This document shows, piece after piece, positions 58,476-64,000 of a stretch of DNA of 64,000 nt. The position numbers and the translations under genes are program-made. Position 1 is the stretch's first letter; each line of letters opens with the position of its first letter. The stretch is taken from NCBI RefSeq assembly GCF_044704955.1, contig NC_092010.1, forward strand, positions 9,982,001 to 10,046,000. The letters are read 5' to 3'. The DNA comes from Pristiophorus japonicus (Eukaryota). Under the pieces are notes generated by a model, which was not told where the DNA came from, did no database searches, and saw only the letters and a list, made by a program, of their open reading frames with translations.

Positions 58476-58654
58476 GGGGAGTTCGGAGGAAGGCACAGTG
58501 CTGAACCGATCATGCACAGGGTCAGATTGCAGGCCGAATGAGAATGGGTTGCCTCCATTCGGCTTGGTGTGGCAGCAGCCCATGGATTCGAAATGGGTTC
58601 TTAAATTAGAATTGAATACAAGTTATTTTTATAAATTCGGTAGCTCTGATCAAG
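58476..58654 (+). CDS. Candidate 179-bp coding exon (phase 2-1): GSSEEGTVLNRSCTGSDCRPNENGLPPFGLVWQQPMDSKWVLKLELNTSYFYKFGSSDQ
   Basis: Strong acceptor TCTCTGCTCTTCTCCAG| and donor AAG|GTCAGA. The frame is open (ORF 58450-58713). The 3' third is AT-rich, so the true donor could be earlier. Confidence 0.4.
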
Positions 58655-58975
58655 GTCAGAATGCTCCACTGGACTCATTGTCCGACTCTGAGCCATATTC
58701 CTGTTTGTGCTGAGAACTGTGTGTTTGGAGGAATTTTATGGAAAAGTGGAGACACTTCCTCAAGGGACTGAACATGATGTTTCCTCTCGAGCTGCATTTT
58801 GCCACAAACAGCTGGTTATTTTAATGAACTGGATGTGTGTTACGTGAGGGCTGTCAATGCTGGGAACGAGATACTTTCCCATGCTTTTACACCATCAATA
58901 TCAGGTGGTAGATACTATTGACTGTCAGGCACACTAGGAATTGTGTTGAGACCAATTTCAGTTTACTTCACTTAG

Positions 58976-59087
58976 GACCCGCACAGTTGTCAGAGGAAGA
59001 CCTTCAGCCCATCATCAATCAACTTACATCAGTGTCTCAGCAAATTCACTTTCCACAAGTTGGTTACATGACCTCCTCCCCAGTGAG
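58976..59087 (+). CDS. Candidate 112-bp coding exon (phase 1-2): PAQLSEEDLQPIINQLTSVSQQIHFPQVGYMTSSPV
   Basis: Acceptor TTTACTTCACTTAG| and donor GAG|GTACCT (weak at +4/+5; alternative CA|GTGAGG at 59082). The frame is open (ORF 58918-59151), and the phases match both neighbouring candidates. Confidence 0.4.
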
Positions 59088-59407
59088 GTACCTTCACAGT
59101 CTCACTGTACTGCAGCTTTTACATGGATGCAATGCAAAAATCACATCATGACAACACAGAAAAAAACAACAGTACAATTGTACCATTAAAAACCAGGCAT
59201 AAAGTAGAGTAAATGAAAAATTGCTGTGTGATTTAAAGTAAGAATGTCGAGGCCATGCGGTGAAGCAGATCTGGAAGAGAAATGAAGGAGTCAGTTGAAT
59301 GAATGTTACTCAGTTGTGCAGTTAATTGCTGGTGGTATGCCACCACACTGCTCCTTCCGCTCCTCGGCCTGCTCCGATGGTGCTCACAGGCCAGGGGCCG
59401 CACAGAC

Positions 59408-59501
59408 TGCTGTCCTCGAACTTGAGAGAGGTACTGGGGCCGATTTTTGATTCCAGTGGACATTGAACGAGCGGTGCGCAGAGTGACAGGGTATTTTCAG
59501 G
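59408..59501. repeat. 94-bp direct repeat, copy 1 (copy 2 at 60079-60172)
   Basis: TGCTGTCCTCGAACTTGA...GTGACAGGGTATTTTCAGG occurs twice, 671 bp apart, with 6 substitutions by manual alignment. Confidence 0.93.
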
Positions 59502-59976
59502 GAGCAGCACGTGCTGGAGCAGGAGAGCAACGGCAGTGAAGAATGACGTCATCAAGGTCCAGGTCGGTGATTGGAGCGTGGGCAGATACAGCAGGAGCGG
59601 CGAGGTCGGGGCGAAGGAGCGGTGAGAGACTGTAGAGGGACGTGACCGGGGCCCAGGGGAGACGTGAGTTCGGGGCCAGGGGCCCAGGGGCAGCACGGGC
59701 CAGCCCACACTGCGATATGTGTGCGCACTAGGTCCGTGCAGCAGAGCTGGTCTCCAGTTGTCTTGGTTAACCCTTGCCACTGGACCAAGACCTAGCTCTG
59801 TCTAACCCGTGTGATGGCTGGGGTGCAACGGCCACCACACGTTAAAACAATCCACGCACAGGCATCTTCCACCCTCGGACCTGGAATTTTAGGTCCTTCA
59901 TTGAAACACCTGTGAACTTTTTGACGTGGAAACAAGTCATCCTCGATTCGAGGGACTGCCTATAATGATGATGATA
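59502..59976 (+). mobile_element. Non-autonomous retroposon (SINE-like) with an RTE-clade-like 3' end and (ATG)n tail
   Basis: GC-rich body ending GTGGAAACAAGTCATCCTCGATTCGAGGGACTGCCTATAATGATGATGAT. The short hairpin (CCTCGA-T-TCGAGG) plus microsatellite tail resembles RTE-type 3' ends as I recall them from sharks. The 5' boundary is approximate. Confidence 0.6.
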
Positions 59977-60106
59977 ATTGATAGTGGTGTATTAGAGCTT
60001 ATACATTGACTGGAAGAGGAAGAGATAGAGAGTAAGACAGCAGCGTACAGAGTAGCCTCCATGTCCAGCCCTTGACTGTGCTGTCCTCGAACTTGAAAGA
60101 GATACT

Positions 60107-60487
60107 GGGGCCGATTTTTGTTTCCAGTGGATATTGAATGGGCGGTGCGCAGAGTGACAGGGTATTTTCAGGTTCGTTCCCCTTTAAAAGCACTGGAAGT
60201 CGTTTTTCCAGCTTGTACCACCCAGTACTAGTGGGCAGGACCAGCATTGTCCATTTCTCTTGTTAACTCGTCCGAAAATGGAATCGGGGTCCTAGTTACT
60301 TCATGGGACCCTAACTTGCATACCGTAACGAGACTTCCGGCAGCTACCTGGGCTGCCCATCTCAAGGACCCCAGCAAAGTGGCAGGAGTGGGAGTAGCAG
60401 CGGGAGTGGGGTGGTCAGCACTGCGCCATGATTTACACCACACTACTGCCCCATTCCCACCCAAAAAACAGGGTCAAAATCAGCCGC
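60107..60487. mobile_element. Possible MITE (Harbinger-like non-autonomous element)
   Basis: Imperfect terminal inverted repeats GGGGCCGATTTTTG ... CAAAATCAGCCGC and a central inverted pair GGGTCC...GGACCC (~60286-60311). No clear target-site duplication. Confidence 0.4.
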
Positions 60488-60543
60488 TCTTGCTCCTGAA
60501 ACACTCCTAATGCTAGTTTTGGTTGTTTGGTACATTTTTCCAG

Positions 60544-60695
60544 GACAAAGCTGCCTCCACTGGCTGCTGGAGATGAAAAATTCTCACAGGCAAATGTCAA
60601 AGCCTTGCAGGAAATTACTTCCAGCTGTTCCCAGTCAGCAGCAGCTTTTCATAAAATTCCAATGAGTGACAGTCCTGATAGAGAGATCGCAAACT
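60544..60695 (+). CDS. Candidate 152-bp coding exon (phase 2-1): TKLPPLAAGDEKFSQANVKALQEITSSCSQSAAAFHKIPMSDSPDREIAN
   Basis: Branch-like CCTAAT at ~60506, T-rich tract ending CATTTTTCCAG|, and consensus donor |GTGAGT at 60696. The frame is open (ORF 60527-60760). Confidence 0.5.
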
Positions 60696-60928
60696 GTGAG
60701 TCCTCTTCCTGTTTTGTGTTGAGAATCACATCTAATTTTAGAAAAACTTTTTTGAAGTAAGGACACTTAGTCCTAGGAGGGTTCAACATTGTATTTCTTG
60801 AAAGACTTCGAAAAGTGTGCGGAAATGTTGGCGGGGTAAAGGTTTTAACCTATACCATGTTGGATATGCTGACGTTTTGTAGTGCACAATTTCCTGATCC
60901 TTGAAGATTTTCCCATCTGCTCTGTCAG

Positions 60929-60942
60929 ATATGTTGTCCTGA
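60929..60942 (+). CDS. Candidate terminal coding exon start ((Y)MLS*), with possible ATTAAA polyA signal at 61098-61103
   Basis: Acceptor TTTTCCCATCTGCTCTGTCAG|. A phase-1 join gives TAT ATG TTG TCC TGA. Very short, so support is weak. Confidence 0.2.
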
Positions 60943-61251
60943 TTACAATGGGAGATGTGTGAGTGGTACCTAGGCCGTAATACGATACATGACACTCGTG
61001 CCCCCCTCACAAACTAACGCAAGAGCTGTATGATCATGAGCTGTTTCCCTCCCGAAGCATTGAAGTAGTACCTTCAGTGCTGAGGGCAAGGTGGGGGATT
61101 AAAAAATCAACAGGGCAATATATCAGTGCAATGTAACTTCGTTAAGAACAAAGATAGCAAATAAGTCATCGTTACAGCTTAGTGATGGAAAGACGCCAGC
61201 CTTGCGATAGGGAGTACCATAGCACAGTGCAGAGCAGGAGTCGGTGCCATA

Positions 61252-61754
61252 CTTTACTGTGTATCTGACCCGTGCTGTACCTGCCCTGAGAGTGTTTGAT
61301 GGGACAGTGTAGAGGGAGCTTTACTCTGTATCTAACCCCATTGTGTACCTGCCCTGGGAGTGTTTGATGGGACAGTGTAGAGAGAGCTTTACTCTGTATC
61401 TAACCCCATCGTGTACCTGCCCTGGGAGTGTTTGATGGGACAGTGTAGAGGAAGCTTTACTCTGTATCTAACCCCGTGCTGTACCTGCCCTGGGAGTGTT
61501 TAATGGGACAGTGTAGAGAGAGCTTTACTCTGTATCTAACCCCATCGTGTACCTGCCCTGGGAGTGTTTGATGGGACAGTGTAGAGGAAGCTTTACTCTG
61601 TATCTAACCCCCTGTACCTGCCCTGGGAGTGTTTGATGGGACAGTGTAGAGGGAGATTTACTCTGTATCTAACCCGTGCTGTACCTGCCCTAGGAGTGTT
61701 TGATGGGACATTGTAGAGGGAACTTTACTCTGTATCTAACTGGGCTATACCTGC
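61252..61754. repeat. ~68-bp minisatellite (TGTACCTGCCCTGGGAGTGTTTGATGGGACAGTGTAGAGGGAGCTTTACTCTGTATCTAACCCCGTGC), ~7.4 copies, cut by the LTR insertion
   Basis: TTTACT anchors recur at about 61253, 61320, 61388, 61456, 61524, 61592, 61657 and 61723. The last unit ends mid-motif (TACCTGC) at the LTR edge. Confidence 0.95.
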
Positions 61755-61959
61755 TGTTGTGTATGCAATAACTGTTAGACTGAGTACTGTTTAACTCCAA
61801 GAGGTATGACCTTGGCTCTGCTTTATTAAGGCCCAAAGTGACTAATATGCAAAATGGCTGGCCTTTTATACTTGGCCTGCACACACATGCGTGCAGCCCA
61901 ATGGCCTCCAACAGTGATACCACCTCGTGGCCAGTGATCCCAAAAGTACATACATGACA
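61755..61959 (-). repeat. 3' LTR, 205 bp (TGTCATGTAT...ATACACAACA)
   Basis: TG...CA ends with an imperfect terminal inverted repeat. Minus-strand TATAAAA at 61870-61864 and AATAAA at 61827-61822. Preceded by a PPT. Confidence 0.92.
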
Positions 61960-61962
61960 ATA

Positions 61963-61971
61963 CCCCCCTCT
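61963..61971 (-). other. Polypurine tract AGAGGGGGG
   Basis: Lies 3 nt upstream of the 3' LTR's TG on the minus strand. Confidence 0.85.
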
Positions 61972-61989
61972 GAGATATTAACACAGTCT

Positions 61990-62922
61990 TTTACAAATTG
62001 AGACGGTGTTTTACATTTCCGGGTTGCCCGTCTCAGTTCAACTCCAGCCTTGGGTGAGTGTTCAGAGTCTGTTGTGACTGGTGGTTGGGTGGCTGACCTG
62101 GTGGGAGTGGCAATGGCCATGTCAGAGATTGAAAGTCCAGATTCACTGATGACCACTGAGTCCTCTGCTAACTGGGGGTAGGTTGGTTGGTCATCGATTG
62201 TCTCTTCCTCCGACTGTTCCAGTTCGTCTGTGTGCCGCAGCTTTGTCTGATCCATATGTTTCCTGAATGTTTGCCCATTTTTGAGCTTGACAATAAATAC
62301 TCTGTTACCCTCCTTGGCCATGACAGTACCAGCGATCCACTTGGGACCCTGACAATAATTCAGAACATATACAGAATCATTTACAGAAATATCGCATGAC
62401 ACAGCTGCGCGATCGTGATACCCTTGCTGACATTGTCTTCTATATTCAACATGATTATTCAAGTCAGGGTGTACAAGAGATAGCTTGGTCTTAAGACCGC
62501 TCCATCATTAGTTCAGCAGGCGAGACCCCGGTAAGCGTGTGTGGTCTTGTCCTGTAACTAAGCAGTATGCATGACAGGCGGGTCTGCAGTGACCCTTGGG
62601 TTACTCGCTTCATACTCTGCTTTATGATTTGGACAGCACGTTCTGCTTGCCCATTGGATGCAGATTTGAACGGTGCTGACCTTACATGTTTGATACCATT
62701 GAGTTTCGTGAACTCTTGAAACTCCTGACTGGTGAAGCACGATCCGTTGTCGCTAACAACGATGTCAGGCAGACCATGTGTCGCAAACATGACACTGAGA
62801 TTCTCAATGGTAGCTGTGGATGTGCTGGATGACATGATTATACACTCTATCCACTTCGAATATGCATCCACCACAACTGAAAACATCTTCCCCAGGAAGG
62901 GACCTGCAAAGTCTATGTGGAT
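61990..62922 (-). pseudogene. Gypsy integrase core (rve) and C-terminal region, frameshifted near 62495
   Basis: IHIDFAGPFLGK...VVDAYSKW...VSDNG...SNGQAERAVQ shows D,D(35)E spacing. After the frameshift it continues GLKTKLSLVHPDLNNH...GPKWIAGTV (ORF 61866-62462). The N-terminal HHCC domain is missing. Confidence 0.92.
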
Positions 62923-63842
62923 CCATCGATACCAGCACCCCATTAAATTTCACGTTGATCATTATCGGTTTGCTCTTAGTTAGGAACGAGTACAGTCCAT
63001 ACACTTCCTCCTCTGGTATCTCAGATTGCGTATCCGGATCTGCACTAGTCTGACCACCATCCTCCACGTGGTGTGTTGCAGCACGCTCATCTGCGGACAC
63101 TCGCGCTGGAGATGCACCACTCTCAGACAGCCTGTGCAACTACATTGCTTAAATCGTCACAACGCCAACACGGAGAAATCGGATGCATTCCTACAGGCGG
63201 ACTTTGGGCAGCCACAGGTTTCGCGTACGCAGTCGGGTAGGCCCTGCCATGTGCCACTCTGCCGAACGCCGAATCAATCATATTTACAGTACTTGCCGAG
63301 TTTTGATTTTTCACTGATATCTGCTTTAGACTTCTATCCGTCGTCATGCATGACTGAACGATCGTGATGGCCCTGTTCAAGTCCAACGTCTCCACCGTCA
63401 GTAGTTTACGCAGGATCACCTCGTGGTTGATGCCGATAACAAAGAAGTCCCGCAGCATGTCTGCCAACACAGCCCAGAACTTACACGGTCCTGCTAGATG
63501 CCTCAGGTCGGCAAAGAATTCTGCCGCATTCTGGCCCTCTGAGCGAACGGGCGTGTAAAATCTGTATCTCGAGATGATGATGCCTTCGTCTGGCTTAAGG
63601 TGGTCCTGTACCAGTGCACACAATTCTTCATATGTTTTCTCTGTTGGACTCACAGGCAGGAGTAGATTTTTTATCAGACCATAAATTTTCGGACCGCAAA
63701 CCGTGAGGAACACCGCCCAGCACCGATCTGTGTCGCCGACCTCCTCCATTTTGTTGGCCACAAAGAACTGGCTCAAACGGCTCACAAAGTCTGCCCAATC
63801 TTCTCCTTCCACAAATCGCTCCAACAATCCAATTGTGCTCAT
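62923..63842 (-). pseudogene. Gypsy gag with frameshifted zinc-knuckle region and the first residues of the aspartic protease
   Basis: MSTIGLLERFVEGEDWADFVSRL...RYRFY...QNAAEF..DLRHLA..C....DMLRDFFVIGI. After frameshifts come CTGCLRVVHLQREC (CX2CX4HX4C) and KPIMINVKFNGVLVSM, which stops just before the expected DTG motif. Confidence 0.9.
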
Positions 63843-63867
63843 TTTTGCATGCAAATGTTCTTGTTGT

Positions 63868-63877
63868 CTCGTCGCCA
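63868..63877 (-). other. Primer-binding site TGGCGACGAG
   Basis: Begins with TGG 2 nt downstream of the 5' LTR's CA end on the minus strand. Confidence 0.85.
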
Positions 63878-63879
63878 AA

Positions 63880-63932
63880 TGTTGTGTATGCAATAACTGT
63901 TAGACTGAGTACTGTTTAACTCGAAGAGGTAT
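63880..63932 (-). repeat. Partial 5' LTR (U5 end)
   Basis: 53 bp matching 61755-61807 with one mismatch. The match stops at the CR1 tail. Confidence 0.92.
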
Positions 63933-64000
63933 AGAAACATAGAAACATAGAAAATAGGTGCAGGAGAAGGCCATTCAGCCCTTGGGGCCTGCACCGCCAT
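63932..64000 (-). mobile_element. 3' end of a CR1-type LINE (or CR1-tailed SINE) inserted in the 5' LTR, continuing beyond the window
   Basis: The minus strand ends in 8-bp repeats (TTTCTATG)n, preceded by a stem-loop GGTGCAGG...CCTGCACC. An octamer tail with an upstream hairpin is characteristic of CR1 3' ends. Confidence 0.8.

Larger units (their letters stand above)
61755..63932 (-). mobile_element. Ty3/Gypsy LTR retrotransposon, internally deleted (no RT/RNase H), 5' LTR interrupted
   Basis: Contains a 3' LTR (61755-61959), PPT, integrase, protease stub, gag, PBS and a partial 5' LTR (63880-63932; 52/53 identical to 61755-61807). Confidence 0.93.

Noticed and set aside
59379-59388. GGTGCTCACA matching unit B outside the array
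   Set aside because: A single ~10-bp match is too short to call a seed or remnant.
59540-59720. TGACGTCA (CRE), reverse CCAAT and GC-rich stretch as a CpG-island promoter
   Set aside because: It lies within the putative retroposon body, with no evidence of a linked gene start.
59322-60247. Two minus-strand ORFs sharing PENTLSLCAP...KIGPS...KFEDS, resembling paralogous exons
   Set aside because: Explained by the 94-bp DNA duplication overlapping a MITE-like end, with no consistent splice signals.

Overview
Eukaryotic, repeat-dominated window (about 89% tandem repeat). The interspersed repeats resemble ones I recall from sharks, so a cartilaginous fish is likely, but this is not verified. Layout: (1) 1-19212, a ~36-bp satellite with a near-perfect 7978-bp higher-order repeat; (2) 19213-20870, a short unique island with a SINE 3' fragment, a decayed Harbinger Myb/SANT ORF and candidate exons; (3) 20871-58217, a ~37.3-kb compound 18-bp minisatellite that switches from unit A (GGTGGGCACACTGACACT) to unit B (GGTGCTCACACGTACACT) near 30480; (4) 58218-64000, candidate exons, an RTE-tailed retroposon, a MITE-like element, a ~68-bp minisatellite, an internally deleted Ty3/Gypsy LTR element and a CR1 3' end. 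The long ORFs in the track are by-products of stop-free repeat units. The most interesting signal is a chain of phase-compatible + strand candidate exons on both sides of the 18-bp array. If real, the array is a 37.6-kb intron that is ~99% minisatellite, with AG-free sense-strand units rich in branch-point-like and CA motifs. I cannot identify the protein, and the model needs RNA evidence.
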